Assembly: GCA_003056085.1 (NCBI GenBank)
Contig: LSNK01000001.1
Span: 8,481 to 72,480 of the forward strand
Source: Parcubacteria group bacterium M6-OD1-1
Lineage (GTDB): Bacteria > Patescibacteriota > Minisyncoccia > GWC2-36-17 > M10-OD1-4
DNA length: 64,000 bases
Direction: 5' to 3'
The translations under genes and the position numbers were made by a program. Below, one piece after another: positions 29,838 to 40,959 of this stretch (position 1 is the first letter of the stretch; every line of letters starts with the position of its first letter). The notes beneath the pieces were generated by a model. The model saw only the letters and a list, made by a program, of their open reading frames with translations. It was not told the origin of the DNA and ran no database searches.

Positions 29838-32112
29838 ATTCTTCTTTTGATATATAAACCTCTCTTCCCTTTGAACCGTCAGCCGGACCCACTACTCCAA
29901 CATCTTCAAGCGCATCTATCAGCCTGGCTGCTCTTGAGTACCCAACTCTTAATCTTCTTTGTAAAAATGATGTGGAGGCTTTCTGATATTCAATAACAGT
30001 ATTTTTTGCTTCTTCAAAAAGCTTATCATCTTTGTCGTCAGACGATGTAAAGCTATCTAAATCTATATCCATATCAATGGTGCTTTTTTTCCTGTTTAAA
30101 GCCTCATTAAGACTCCCTGAGTCCATTTCATCATTATCTTGATTACTCTCTAAGATAGCCTCGTTTTTAAGATAATCTGTAACTTTTTTAACTTCTTTTT
30201 CAGATATAAAAGCATTTTGAATTCTCCTTGGCTTTGAAGCGTCTTGAGGCAGGTAAAGCATATCACCGTTTCCTAAAAGTTTTTCCGCTCCGGACATATC
30301 TAAAATAGTCCTTGAATCAACCAAAGAAGTAACCTGAAGCGCAATTCTGCAAGGGGTATTTGCTTTAATAAGCCCCGTAATAACATCAACGGACGGTCTT
30401 TGAGTTGAAAATATAAGATGCAGCCCGACGGCTCTGGACATTTGAGCAAGTCTTACTATAGCGGCTTCCACTTCTCTTGGAGATTCTGACATTAAGTCTG
30501 CAAGCTCATCTATAACTATAACAACATAAGGCATAATATTTTCATTTTCTTTTCCGGCAATTTTTGAATTATAAGATCCTATATTTCTAACATCATGTTC
30601 AGATAAAAATTGATACCGTCTTTCCATCTCCTTTACCGCCCAGTTTAAAGCCGCAATTGCTTTTTTTCTTTCTGTTATTACAGGAGCCAAAAGATGAGGA
30701 ATGCCGTTATACGCTGAAAGTTCAACTCTTTTTGGATCCACCAGCAAAAGCTTCAGCATCTGAGGGAAATTTTTAAATAGCAAACTATTTAAAATAGAAT
30801 GAACACAAACACTTTTCCCGGACCCTGTTGCCCCAGCGATTAAAAGATGGGGCATCTTTTCTATATCAGCATACTGGGCGTTCCCCGAAACATCTTTTCC
30901 TAAAGAAACAGTCAAAGGAGAGGATTCAATAAACGCCGGTGTATCTAATAATTCTCTCAACTTAACTACGGCAATAACCTTATTTGGTATCTCAATGCCA
31001 ACCAAAGACCTACCGGGGATTGGAGCCTCTATACGAAGCGGGTGAGCAGCTAACGCAAGCGAGAGATCATTTTGAAGAGCGATTATTCTTGCAAGTTTAA
31101 TGCCTTGAGCCGGCTTTAAAGTATATTGAGTTACAGTAGGTCCAACATTGATTTCGCCCATTTCAACATTTATGCCGAAATTTTTTAAAGTTTTTTTAAT
31201 CAAATTAGAATATGACTTAACATCTCCGGACGACGGTTTGTTTTTTTCTTTGTCCAAAAGACTTAACGGCGGAAGTTTATAAGATCTTTGATGCGTTTCC
31301 ACAATAAAATCAGAAACTGTTTTACTTTGGCTTGCCTTTTTTGGAGAATCAGTATCGGAATTTTTTATATCTAATTCTTCTTGTTTTGGCTCGGAAGATC
31401 TCTTGGTAAGCTTTTCAAAACTATTTTTAGAATTAGAAATTGCCTTTGAAATAAAACCTGTTTCCTCTTCCTCGTCTTCTTCGTCTTCTTCCTCCAAATC
31501 CTCTTCCTCATACTCCTCATCTTCTTCCAATTCTTCATCTTCTTCTGCTTCTTCTCTTCTTTCTTTTAAAGCAAGTTTTATGGGGACATTAAAAACTAAA
31601 GCAAAAGAAATTAAAATAGATGCTACAAATGTAATAACAGAAACCCAAAATCCAAAAAAATTAAAAAATGGATATGCCACTATAAAACCAACCCATCCCG
31701 CGGCAAAATCCTCGGAAGAAGATAGAGATCTGGACAAAACATCAATAAGCCCTAAAAAACTAAAGAAAAACAAAACACCTCCCAATATCATTGAAAGATA
31801 AAAATTGGTTTTTAGAGATTTAAACAACGCCGCAGCTACCATCAAAAATGTAATGGGAACGATAAAAAAACCAATACCCAAAAAGGATATCAAGGCTTCC
31901 TTGATATATGTACCCGCAATTCCGGCGGCGCCAAAATAAGCAAATAAAGAAACCAACGCGAGTGTAATAAAAATAACACCCAAAACAGATTTTTTAGTCT
32001 CAGGATTGAGCTTTCTTACATCTTCCTCCAGTTCAAAATCAATTTCCTGTTGTTCTATTTTTTGTTGTTTTTTATTCTTTTTATTCTTTTTTTTGTTCTT
32101 TTTTCTTGCCAT
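29821..32112 (-). CDS. ftsK: DNA translocase FtsK
   Basis: TM domain, GATGSGKS, DELADLM, gamma domain LQRRLRVGYSRA. Confidence 0.96.
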   Translation of the reverse strand: MARKKNKKKNKKNKKQQKIEQQEIDFELEEDVRKLNPETKKSVLGVIFITLALVSLFAYFGAAGIAGTYIKEALISFLGIGFFIVPITFLMVAAALFKSLKTNFYLSMILGGVLFFFSFLGLIDVLSRSLSSSEDFAAGWVGFIVAYPFFNFFGFWVSVITFVASILISFALVFNVPIKLALKERREEAEEDEELEEDEEYEEEDLEEEDEEDEEEETGFISKAISNSKNSFEKLTKRSSEPKQEELDIKNSDTDSPKKASQSKTVSDFIVETHQRSYKLPPLSLLDKEKNKPSSGDVKSYSNLIKKTLKNFGINVEMGEINVGPTVTQYTLKPAQGIKLARIIALQNDLSLALAAHPLRIEAPIPGRSLVGIEIPNKVIAVVKLRELLDTPAFIESSPLTVSLGKDVSGNAQYADIEKMPHLLIAGATGSGKSVCVHSILNSLLFKNFPQMLKLLLVDPKRVELSAYNGIPHLLAPVITERKKAIAALNWAVKEMERRYQFLSEHDVRNIGSYNSKIAGKENENIMPYVVIVIDELADLMSESPREVEAAIVRLAQMSRAVGLHLIFSTQRPSVDVITGLIKANTPCRIALQVTSLVDSRTILDMSGAEKLLGNGDMLYLPQDASKPRRIQNAFISEKEVKKVTDYLKNEAILESNQDNDEMDSGSLNEALNRKKSTIDMDIDLDSFTSSDDKDDKLFEEAKNTVIEYQKASTSFLQRRLRVGYSRAARLIDALEDVGVVGPADGSKGREVYISKEEYENEE

Positions 32113-32258
32113 AACTTAAATAATTACTCATATAATAACATTTTAAAGCAAACAAATCAAAACAACAACATTGTAATTTTAAACACAATAAAAGCAAAAA
32201 ACTCAGAAATAATTCCGAGTTTTTTACTTTAACTTAAATTAAATAAATTAAAAAATCT

Positions 32259-35200
32259 TTATTTATCCTCAAGAACTTTATTAATATCAAACCCGGTTCC
32301 TGCAGGAATTAATTTACCTAAGATAACATTTTCTTTTAGCCCGCGAAGCGTATCCTCTTTGCCTGCGATTGACGCGTTAATAAGAACCTTCGATGTTTCT
32401 TGAAATGACGCTGCCGATAAAAATGATTCTGTTGAAAGAGAAACCCTTGTAACTCCCAAAAATAATTGAGCACCGGTTGCCTGAGCTACACCCTTCTTTT
32501 TTGCTTTCTTGTTTTCCCTTTTGAAAATTCCTTTTTCAACTATATCTCCCGTTATTAATCCAGTCTCTCCTGAATCTTTAACTCTGATTCTTGAAAACAT
32601 CTGTCTTACAATAACTTCAATATGTTTATCGGAAATATAAGCTCCCTCTGCCGTGTATATTTTTTGAATCTCAGAAATAATATATCTTTCAGACTGTCTT
32701 ACACCGGCAACCTTAAACAATTCACCAATCTCCAAGTGACCTTCACAAAGCTGAGTTCCTTCCAAAACCCTATCTCCTTTGGAAACCCAAAGCGCTGAAA
32801 GCAATGGAATTTTATATTCTGCGTATTGTTTTTCTTCTTTCTTGTCATTTTTCTTTTCCACCTTCATATCCGCCTCAAAAAACTCACTATCTATCTCAAC
32901 TTTAATTATGTGATTCTTATCGTCTTTTTGTATATCAATAATCTTTCCCGAAACATCAGAAATAACAGCTTTTCCTTTTGGAGGTCTTGCCTCAAAAATT
33001 TCCTCAATACGAGGAAGACCCTGAGTAATATCTCCACCTCCTGCAACTCCACCAACATGGAAAGTCCTCATAGTAAGTTGAGTTCCCGGCTCACCGATAG
33101 CTTGCGCAGCAACTATACCAACGGGTGACCCAAGATTAACAAGTTTATTATTTCCAAGGTCATAACCATAACACATTTGACAAACACCCTTGTCTGATTT
33201 GCAAAGCATTACTGACCTTACTTTAATATGATCAATCCCTTCTTTATTAATTTTTTCCGCCGCATCTTTTGTTACGAATTTTCCTTTTTTAACTATAACT
33301 TTCCCGTCTTTTCCTTTTATAGACTCAACTGCCATTCTTCCAAATACTCTTGATGCAAAATTCTGACCTAAGGCATCTGAGTCTTTTCTTAACATAACAA
33401 TGCCCCTGTCATCACCGCAATCCTCTTCTCTCACAACAACATCCTGCGCCACATCCACCAATCTTCTTGTTAAATATCCCGCGGATGCGGTTCTTAAAGC
33501 GGTGTCGGCTGTACCTTTTCTGGCTCCATGAGTGGAAATAAAGTACTCCAACACTTCAAGTCCTTCTTTGTATGATTTTTTAATAGGAAGTTCTATAATG
33601 TCTCCCGCAGGATTCACAACGGGACCTTTCATTCCGGACATCTGAACCAACTGACCAACCGAACCTCTCGCCTTTGAACTTAAAATTGTATCTATTGGAC
33701 CGTATTTTTTTAGATAATTCGGGACAAGCTCTCCTATCTCTTGTTTTGTTCTTGTCCAAACTTCAACAACTCTTCCGTATCTTTCATTGTTTGTTAAAAA
33801 CCCATCTTGATATTGCTCTTGAATTTTTTCTACTTCCTTTTCAGCAGCTTCTAATATTTCGGGTTTTTTTGGAGGAACAACAAGATCGCTCATCCCCCAG
33901 GAAATTCCTGATTTTGTAGCGTATATAAATCCAAGTTTTTTCATAGTATCAAGAACTTTAGCGGCGTCGTCTCCGTATCTTTCTATAATCTCGCCTGTTA
34001 ATTTTCTAAGCTCTGATTCATCAAGCTCTTTATTTACAAAACCAAAATCATTTGGAAGAGCTCTTGAGAAAATAATTCTTCCAACTGATGTCTCTAAATA
34101 TTTTTTATCTCCGAGCGCTTCTTTTTCTTTTGGTTTTGGCCTGATTTTTACTCTCGCATTAATATCTACAAGATTAAAATCATAAGCAAGAACAGCCTCA
34201 TTTTTTGAAGTAAATATTTTTCCTTCACCTTTTGCTCCGTCTTTAATAGCGGTCAAAAAGTAAGATCCCAACACAATATCCTGAGTTGGATTTGTAATGG
34301 GCTCACCTGATGCCGGCTTTAGAAGGTTTTTTGATGCAAGCATGAGTTCTTTTGCCTCTATTTGAGCGGTTTTTGTTAAAGGCAAGTGAACCGCCATTTG
34401 GTCTCCGTCAAAGTCTGCATTAAAAGCCGCACAAACCAAAGGATGAAGCCTAATGGCCATACCTTCTATAAGTAAAGGTTTAAACGCCTGAATACCAAGC
34501 CTATGAAGAGTCGGCGCTCTGTTTAAAAGCACATATTTATCTTTAATAATTTCTTCCAAGATAGCCCAGACTTCGTCGGGTGTATCTTCAATAAGCTTTC
34601 CCGCCCCTCTTATATTGTAAGCTAATTCTCTTTCTATTATTTTATGAATGACAAATGGCTTGAAAAGCTCCAGCGCCATTTTCTTAGGAAGCCCGCATTC
34701 TCCAAGTTTAAGTTCAGGTCCAACAACAATAACTGAACGACCGGAATAATCCACACGCTTACCAAGTAAATTTTGTCTAAACCTACCGGACTTACCCTTA
34801 AGCATATCAGCAAGCGATTTAAGTTGTCTTTTCTGACCTGTGGACGCCATAACAGCATTTCCTTTTCTTGCAGAGTTATCTATCAATGCATCAACAGATT
34901 CCTGGAGCATCCTCTTTTCATTTCTCACAATAATCTCAGGAGCATTTAACTTAATAAGTTTTTTTAGTCTGTTGTTTCTGTTAATAACTCTTCTGTAAAG
35001 ATCGTTTAAATCGGAAGATGCATATCTCCCTCCATCAAGCTGCACCATAGGCCTTAAACCTGAAGGCATAATGGGAAGCACAGTCAAAAACATTGAACTT
35101 GGATTTACGCCTGATTTCAAAAATGCTTGTACAACCCTTATTTTTTTTATAATCTGATTTTTCTGAATAGTCTTTGCTGTTTTTTCAGCTTCACTTAAGT

Positions 35201-35897
35201 CTTTTGCAAGCTTTTTTAAATCAACATTCTCTATTAATTTCTTTAACGCCACAGCGCCTATATCAGCTTTAAATATCTCCCCGTACTTTAAGCTTAAATT
35301 ATGATATTCAGTTTCTGCAATAACTTTCTTAAAAACCAATCCTTTAAGCTCATCTTTTGTTGTTGAAAATAATTCTTTCAATACATCTTTTTTCTCAGAA
35401 TCACTTTCTTGTTTTAGTTTTTGTTTGTATTCACGCTCAAGTTCTTCTAAAACCGCTTTCTTAGCACTTTCGTCTAATTCTGTAATAATGTATGAATTAA
35501 AATAAGCAACCCTCTCCAATTTATTTAAAGGCACATCAAGTAATATTCCAATCTTTGACGGAACACCTTTTAAAAACCAAATATGAGTAACAGGGGCCGC
35601 AAGCTCAATATGACCCATCCTTTCTCTTCTTACTATAGATCTTGTAACCTCAACACCGCATTTATCACAGATAATACCTTTATATCTTATTCTTTTATAC
35701 TTACCGCAATAACATTCCCAGTCTTTTTCCGGACCAAAAATCTTCTCACAAAAAAGACCGTCTTTTTCCGCTCTCTGAGTTCTATAATTTATGGTTTCTG
35801 ATTTTGTAACTTCACCATAAGACCAATCCAATATCTCCTCAGGAGACGCTAATTTTAATTTTATTGATTTGAAATCTGATACTTTTTTTAGACTCAT
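32259..35897 (-). CDS. rpoC: RNA polymerase beta' subunit
   Basis: NADFDGD, N-terminal Zn finger, GEPGTQLT. Confidence 0.99.
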   Translation of the reverse strand: MSLKKVSDFKSIKLKLASPEEILDWSYGEVTKSETINYRTQRAEKDGLFCEKIFGPEKDWECYCGKYKRIRYKGIICDKCGVEVTRSIVRRERMGHIELAAPVTHIWFLKGVPSKIGILLDVPLNKLERVAYFNSYIITELDESAKKAVLEELEREYKQKLKQESDSEKKDVLKELFSTTKDELKGLVFKKVIAETEYHNLSLKYGEIFKADIGAVALKKLIENVDLKKLAKDLSEAEKTAKTIQKNQIIKKIRVVQAFLKSGVNPSSMFLTVLPIMPSGLRPMVQLDGGRYASSDLNDLYRRVINRNNRLKKLIKLNAPEIIVRNEKRMLQESVDALIDNSARKGNAVMASTGQKRQLKSLADMLKGKSGRFRQNLLGKRVDYSGRSVIVVGPELKLGECGLPKKMALELFKPFVIHKIIERELAYNIRGAGKLIEDTPDEVWAILEEIIKDKYVLLNRAPTLHRLGIQAFKPLLIEGMAIRLHPLVCAAFNADFDGDQMAVHLPLTKTAQIEAKELMLASKNLLKPASGEPITNPTQDIVLGSYFLTAIKDGAKGEGKIFTSKNEAVLAYDFNLVDINARVKIRPKPKEKEALGDKKYLETSVGRIIFSRALPNDFGFVNKELDESELRKLTGEIIERYGDDAAKVLDTMKKLGFIYATKSGISWGMSDLVVPPKKPEILEAAEKEVEKIQEQYQDGFLTNNERYGRVVEVWTRTKQEIGELVPNYLKKYGPIDTILSSKARGSVGQLVQMSGMKGPVVNPAGDIIELPIKKSYKEGLEVLEYFISTHGARKGTADTALRTASAGYLTRRLVDVAQDVVVREEDCGDDRGIVMLRKDSDALGQNFASRVFGRMAVESIKGKDGKVIVKKGKFVTKDAAEKINKEGIDHIKVRSVMLCKSDKGVCQMCYGYDLGNNKLVNLGSPVGIVAAQAIGEPGTQLTMRTFHVGGVAGGGDITQGLPRIEEIFEARPPKGKAVISDVSGKIIDIQKDDKNHIIKVEIDSEFFEADMKVEKKNDKKEEKQYAEYKIPLLSALWVSKGDRVLEGTQLCEGHLEIGELFKVAGVRQSERYIISEIQKIYTAEGAYISDKHIEVIVRQMFSRIRVKDSGETGLITGDIVEKGIFKRENKKAKKKGVAQATGAQLFLGVTRVSLSTESFLSAASFQETSKVLINASIAGKEDTLRGLKENVILGKLIPAGTGFDINKVLEDK

Positions 35898-35898
35898 A

Positions 35899-35938
35899 TT
35901 ATTAGCTTGTTAGCTTTTTAGCTTGTTAGCTTTTTAGA
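35899..35938. repeat. 5x 8-mer array before the rpoC start
   Basis: Five ttNttag(c/a) units; identical to 53492..53531. Confidence 0.9.
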
Positions 35939-35986
35939 TGCCTAATAAGCTAATTACCAATAAACTAATTCCCGTTTTAATTATTT

Positions 35987-38900
35987 TTATTTTTTATTTG
36001 CTAAAATCTTTTTTGAATCAGATTCTCCCTTTTCTTCATCTAAAATCTCTTCTTCCGTCCCCGTTAATTCAATAGAAAATCCCAACGACTTAAGCTCGTT
36101 AAGCAATACATTAAATGAAGCCGGTATGTTCGGACTACTTATTTCTTCGCCTCTTATAATAGAATCATAAGCTGCTGTTCTTCCTACAACATCATCTGAC
36201 TTAATCGTCAACATTTCTTGAAGCATATGAGCAGCTCCGTAACCCTCCAAAGCCCAGACTTCCATCTCTCCGAATCTTTGTCCGCCAAACTGCGCTTTTC
36301 CTCCAAGAGGCTGTTGGGTGATTAACGAATAAGGACCGATTGACCTCATGTGCATTTTGTCTTCCACTAAATGATTAAGCTTAAGAACATACATCACGCC
36401 AACTGTAACTTTCTGATCAAATTTTTCTCCTGTTCTTCCATCATAGAGGTCAACCTTCCCGCTTTCAGAAAAGCCAAGATTTTTAAATTCTTTTTTAATA
36501 TCTTCTTCAGACGCTCCCGCAAGAGAAGGAGTTATCGCTTGAAACTCACCATGTAAAGCGGCCCAACCAAGATGTGTTTCTAAGATTTGACCTATATTCA
36601 TACGAGAAGCAACCCCCAAAGGATTTAAAACAACGTCAACAGGAGTTCCATCTTTTAAGTGAGGCATATCTTCAACCGGTAATATTTTGGAAATAATACC
36701 CTTATTACCATGTCTTCCGGCAAGCTTATCACCAACAGATATTTTTCTCAGTTCTGCTATTTCAATTTCAATGGATTTAATAACTCCTGACTGAAGTTTG
36801 TCTCCTTTGTCTCTTGAAAAAACTTTCACACCAACAATCCTTCCTCTCTTTCCGTGCGGCACTCTTAAAGAAGTATCTTTTATATCTCTTGCATATTCAC
36901 CAAAAATCGCTCTTAAAAGCCTTTCTTCCGGAGTTAAATCAGCTTCTCCTTTTGGAGATATTTTTCCAACTAAAATATCATTTGAATGCACTTCCGCTCC
37001 AACCCTGATGATTCCATCTTCATCTAAATCTTTTAATTTATCTTCTCCGACATTTGGGATATCACAAGTGGTTACTTCAGGTCCTAATTTTGTATCACGA
37101 ACATTTATAGAAAAATTTTCAATATGCACAGATGTAAACCTGTCATCTTCAACAAGTTTTTCTGATAAAACTATAGCATCTTCAAAATTGTTTCCAAAAA
37201 ATGATAAAAAGGCTACTTTCAGATTTTGCCCTAAAGCCATTTGACCATCTTCGGTTGACGCTCCATCTGCAAGAACATCTCCCTTTTTAACTTTATCGCC
37301 TTTTTTAACAATCGGTTTTTGAGTTATACTTGAATATTGATTTGACCTTACAAATGCATGCAAGTCATAAGTTTTATTTTTTCCTTTTGGAGTTTTAACC
37401 ACAATATGTGAAGCATCAATATCAACAATTTCCCCCTCTTCTTTGGCAATAATAACTTGACCGGAATCTTTTGCAGCTTTACCTTCCGCTCCAGTAGCAA
37501 CCAAAGGAGCTTCCGGTTTAATGCAAGAAACCGCCTGCCTCTGCATATTTGAACCCATAAGAGCTCTATTTGCGTCGTCGTGCTCCAAGAACGGAATAAA
37601 ACTTGTAGCAACGGAGATAGCCTGCTGAGGTGCAATGTCCATAAAATCCAAATCTTTTACATCACAAGAACCCGCCTGTCCTTTTAGCCTTGCGTTAACT
37701 TTTTTAGGTTTTATTTTTCCACCTTCATCATATGGTGTTCCGGCATCTGCAATATTATAATTTAACTCCTCAGAAGCCAAAAGATAAACCACTTCATTAG
37801 TAACTTTTTTATCAATAACTTTTCTATATGGAGTCTCTATAAACCCAAATTCATTTACTTTTGCGTATGTTGCCATATGCCCAACAAGTCCAATATTGGG
37901 ACCTTCAGGCGTCTGAATAGGACAAATTCTTCCATAATGAGAAGGATGCACGTCACGAACTTCAAACCCGGCTCTTTCTCTTGTGAGTCCTCCGGGACCT
38001 AAAGCTGAGATTCTTCTTTTGTGCTCAAGTTCAGATAGTGGATTTACCTGATCCATAAACTGTGACAACTGATAAGATGTAAAAAATTCTTTAACTGAAG
38101 CCATTAAAGGTCTTGCGTTTATAAGCTGCGCCGGAGCAAGTGTGTGCAAGTCCAACGTACTCATTCTGTCTTTTGCAATTCTCTCCATTCTTGCAAGCCC
38201 TGCCCTTAACTTTCCTTGAAGCAATTCTCCGACTGACCTTACTCTCCTGTTTCCTAAGTGGTCAATGTCATCGGACTCTGAATTCGGATCATTATTTAAT
38301 CTTATTATTTCCGAAACTACATCTGTTATATCTTCCTTGCTTAAAAGCCTATCTTCTTTTGTAGCTTTTATTTTCCGAGCCTCTTTTGATGTAAGACCTT
38401 TAAGTCTTATATTAAATTTGTATCTTCCAACTCTTGAAAGATCAAATCTTGAAAATGAGAAAAACATTGAATCAATGAGTTGTTTTGCATTCTCAATCGT
38501 TGCCAAGTCTCCCGGTCTTATTCTTTTATATATTTCAATATATGACTCTCCTTGAGTTTTTACAGTATCCTTTGCCAATGTTGCGCTTATGTAAGAAATA
38601 TTTGGGTTTGTATCAATTTTCTTAAACGCCTTTTTAATCTCCTCATCACTCTCATAACCAAAAACTCTTAAAAGATTAGAAACAGGAATTTTTCTCTTTC
38701 TGTCTATTCTCACATGAATAGCTCCATCCATGTCTGTTTCAAACTCCATCCATGTTCCTCTGTTTGGAATAATTTTTGCACCAAAAAGTTTTTTTCCTTT
38801 TTGATAGTTGGCTGTAAATATAACACCTGATGATCTTATAATTTGAGAAACTATAACTCTCTCAACTCCATTTACTATAAATGTTCCTCTGTCTGTCATA

Positions 38901-39232
38901 ATAGGAAAATCCCCCAAGAAAATCTCTTGGTCCTTAACTTCACCTGTTTCGTTATTTTCCAATCTTAGTTTAACTCTTAAAGGAGCCTCGAAAGAAGAGC
39001 TATGGTCTTTTGCCCATTTTTCATCATGTTTTGGTTCGTCAAAATAATAATCCAAAAAGCTTAAAGAAAGTTCTTTGCCGGAATAATCTTTTATCGGAGA
39101 AATTTCATCAAAAAGTTCGGCTAAACCATTTTTTATGAACCACTTGTACGAATCCAATTGGATTTCTATCAAGTTTGGAGGTGTTAAAATACTTTTTGGA
39201 ACTGAAGAAAATACTTTGGTTTTTTTAAACAT
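35987..39232 (-). CDS. rpoB: RNA polymerase beta subunit
   Basis: [20 protein letters not shown]. Confidence 0.99.
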   Translation of the reverse strand: MFKKTKVFSSVPKSILTPPNLIEIQLDSYKWFIKNGLAELFDEISPIKDYSGKELSLSFLDYYFDEPKHDEKWAKDHSSSFEAPLRVKLRLENNETGEVKDQEIFLGDFPIMTDRGTFIVNGVERVIVSQIIRSSGVIFTANYQKGKKLFGAKIIPNRGTWMEFETDMDGAIHVRIDRKRKIPVSNLLRVFGYESDEEIKKAFKKIDTNPNISYISATLAKDTVKTQGESYIEIYKRIRPGDLATIENAKQLIDSMFFSFSRFDLSRVGRYKFNIRLKGLTSKEARKIKATKEDRLLSKEDITDVVSEIIRLNNDPNSESDDIDHLGNRRVRSVGELLQGKLRAGLARMERIAKDRMSTLDLHTLAPAQLINARPLMASVKEFFTSYQLSQFMDQVNPLSELEHKRRISALGPGGLTRERAGFEVRDVHPSHYGRICPIQTPEGPNIGLVGHMATYAKVNEFGFIETPYRKVIDKKVTNEVVYLLASEELNYNIADAGTPYDEGGKIKPKKVNARLKGQAGSCDVKDLDFMDIAPQQAISVATSFIPFLEHDDANRALMGSNMQRQAVSCIKPEAPLVATGAEGKAAKDSGQVIIAKEEGEIVDIDASHIVVKTPKGKNKTYDLHAFVRSNQYSSITQKPIVKKGDKVKKGDVLADGASTEDGQMALGQNLKVAFLSFFGNNFEDAIVLSEKLVEDDRFTSVHIENFSINVRDTKLGPEVTTCDIPNVGEDKLKDLDEDGIIRVGAEVHSNDILVGKISPKGEADLTPEERLLRAIFGEYARDIKDTSLRVPHGKRGRIVGVKVFSRDKGDKLQSGVIKSIEIEIAELRKISVGDKLAGRHGNKGIISKILPVEDMPHLKDGTPVDVVLNPLGVASRMNIGQILETHLGWAALHGEFQAITPSLAGASEEDIKKEFKNLGFSESGKVDLYDGRTGEKFDQKVTVGVMYVLKLNHLVEDKMHMRSIGPYSLITQQPLGGKAQFGGQRFGEMEVWALEGYGAAHMLQEMLTIKSDDVVGRTAAYDSIIRGEEISSPNIPASFNVLLNELKSLGFSIELTGTEEEILDEEKGESDSKKILANKK

Positions 39233-39438
39233 AGAAAATAAGCAAACCCCTCTCGCCTCCTTAGGTGCAAAAAGGGGTTGAAGGGACTGTTATTAAAAAT
39301 AAATATTTAATACAAGTCCCCGTATTTAATTATTAGAAAAAAATCGCAATCAATATTGAAAAATAAGCAATAAACTTCATTACTTGAACAATAAATTCAA
39401 GTAATCTAGTTTAGTGCTTATATTAACAGTGAGCAATG

Positions 39439-39720
39439 CTATTTACTTAGTTTAATAGCCTCTACTGATGCTTTGACTATTCTGCACGAAACAGAATCTT
39501 CTTGTTCTTGACAATCCACAAAAATAGATAATATGTCTGATGTATCCATTTTATTCATTTTTAGAAATTTGTCAAGAGTTGACAAAAAGTCATCTCCCCT
39601 ATCCACCTCAAAACTGTGGATAACTCCCTCCGAGGGCAGATTGCGATTTACCCCCAAACTCAAGTCAGAAATTTGAGCAAATCGAAAACTTTTTTTAGTT
39701 TTTATGGTTATTTTAATCAT
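39439..39720 (-). CDS. Small TsaB N-terminal-like protein
   Basis: DDFLSTLDKFL..DI..I.V..SVSCRI pattern; weak. Confidence 0.5.
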   Translation of the reverse strand: MIKITIKTKKSFRFAQISDLSLGVNRNLPSEGVIHSFEVDRGDDFLSTLDKFLKMNKMDTSDILSIFVDCQEQEDSVSCRIVKASVEAIKLSK

Positions 39721-39888
39721 AAGAAAAATATTACCACGATAAAAAGACGAGAGCAACATTGTTCTGAATTTTTAATATTTTAAAAAACTTTCTGCGGCCT
39801 CTCTGACGACCATCTGATAAATCGCAAAAGGAAATGATAAATGAAATTTTGATTTTTATAGTTATTTTAAAATTTACCCAATCAATGA

Positions 39889-39917
39889 TTGACATTATCA
39901 ATATAATGATTTATAGT
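39889..39917 (+). promoter_or_regulatory. Sigma70-type promoter
   Basis: TTGACA-N17-TATAGT. Confidence 0.7.
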
Positions 39918-39975
39918 ATTTGTCATTGATAGTCAATCCTGAGACTTTGATCAGGAATTACAAGGAGACATAATA

Positions 39976-40269
39976 ATGTCTAAATTGTACAAGAAGGTTA
40001 CCTTGTTTGTTTCTCGCACTTATTATCATGGAGGAGATGGACTTGAAGTAGGGAGCTTAATATTTTTTAAATCAATGGAAGAATACGAGGCTCTTTCCAA
40101 AAAAAACAACTGGGAACGCGGCAGCTCTTTCAAACATAATTGGTGCGTAAAGCCAATTCAAATTATTGCTTTGGTTAACCCAAAAGATTATCGTACTTTT
40201 CTGGAAGGATGTAGACTCTCCCAAGAGAAAGTATTTTTTCCGGCAAATATACTCGGTATTTTACCGTAA
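39976..40269 (+). CDS. Orphan hypothetical protein (on + strand; ORF track strand label is wrong)
   Basis: Plus strand reads atgtctaaattgtac = MSKLY; AAGGAG SD, promoter upstream, terminator downstream. Confidence 0.8.
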   Translation: MSKLYKKVTLFVSRTYYHGGDGLEVGSLIFFKSMEEYEALSKKNNWERGSSFKHNWCVKPIQIIALVNPKDYRTFLEGCRLSQEKVFFPANILGILP

Positions 40270-40272
40270 TTT

Positions 40273-40306
40273 AACGGCTGTCTCTATAAGGGACAGCCGT
40301 TTTTTT
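40273..40306 (+). terminator. Intrinsic terminator
   Basis: aacggctgtctc..gggacagccgttttttt. Confidence 0.8.
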
Positions 40307-40348
40307 AAAAAAACCTAAGATAATACACATCTTTGAGTTTAGTAAAAA

Positions 40349-40687
40349 TTAGAAATTAGAACTCATATCATGACTCCGTACATCTTTTATCACTCTTATA
40401 GCAAGATTTATCATGTAATCTCTAACTTCTTCATCAAGAAGAGCATCTTCAGTAATTTTTGAAAACTGATTTATTTCCATTTCGGAAGATTGCTTTGAGT
40501 CTTCTTTTGTTATACCAAGGCATTTACACATAAGTGTCATACCTTCCAATAAAACATCCTTATAATATGGAAAATATTCAGAATTTACTGTTTGTCTTAT
40601 AAGAGACATTGATTCGTAAATACTCTTGGCATCACCCACTGTTTTGCATCCATTATTTATACTTACCGCAATATTGAATAGTGACAT
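40349..40687 (-). CDS. Orphan hypothetical protein
   Basis: 112-aa ORF, AAGGAG SD. Confidence 0.7.
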   Translation of the reverse strand: MSLFNIAVSINNGCKTVGDAKSIYESMSLIRQTVNSEYFPYYKDVLLEGMTLMCKCLGITKEDSKQSSEMEINQFSKITEDALLDEEVRDYMINLAIRVIKDVRSHDMSSNF

Positions 40688-40834
40688 TTCGCTCTCCTTG
40701 TCATAAAAAAGAACAGGGTTATTTTTTACATATTATAATAAATTTATTGAAATATCAACATTTTTAATGCTAATACTACCAAGCTCTTTAATAAGTTGAA
40801 ATCTATGTTTCAAATTCAAATTTACCATACACTC

Positions 40835-40959
40835 AAAAATTTAAGATTTTGAGTGTAATCCGAGGCAAAAGTCGTAAGTGAAATTAAGCCGTGCTTAATG
40901 GTACGGCGAAATGAACGTACGATTTTTAACGAAGGAGTACGCCAAAATATTAAGTTTTT
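40835..40959 (+). repeat. Palindromic element family, copy D
   Basis: GAGGC..AAGCCGTGC/GTACGGCGA..AACGAA; abuts the rodA stop. Confidence 0.85.

Noticed and set aside
31403-31801. Poly-Ser ORF and other antisense ORFs over core genes
   Set aside because: Shadow of the FtsK acidic linker and codon-bias shadows.
13854-39232. Inteins in dnaB, recA or rpoBC
   Set aside because: Lengths are normal and no splicing motifs were seen.
39510-39625. oriC from DnaA-box-like sequences
   Set aside because: Only one perfect box, inside a probable CDS, and no dnaA or dnaN nearby; skew could not be computed.
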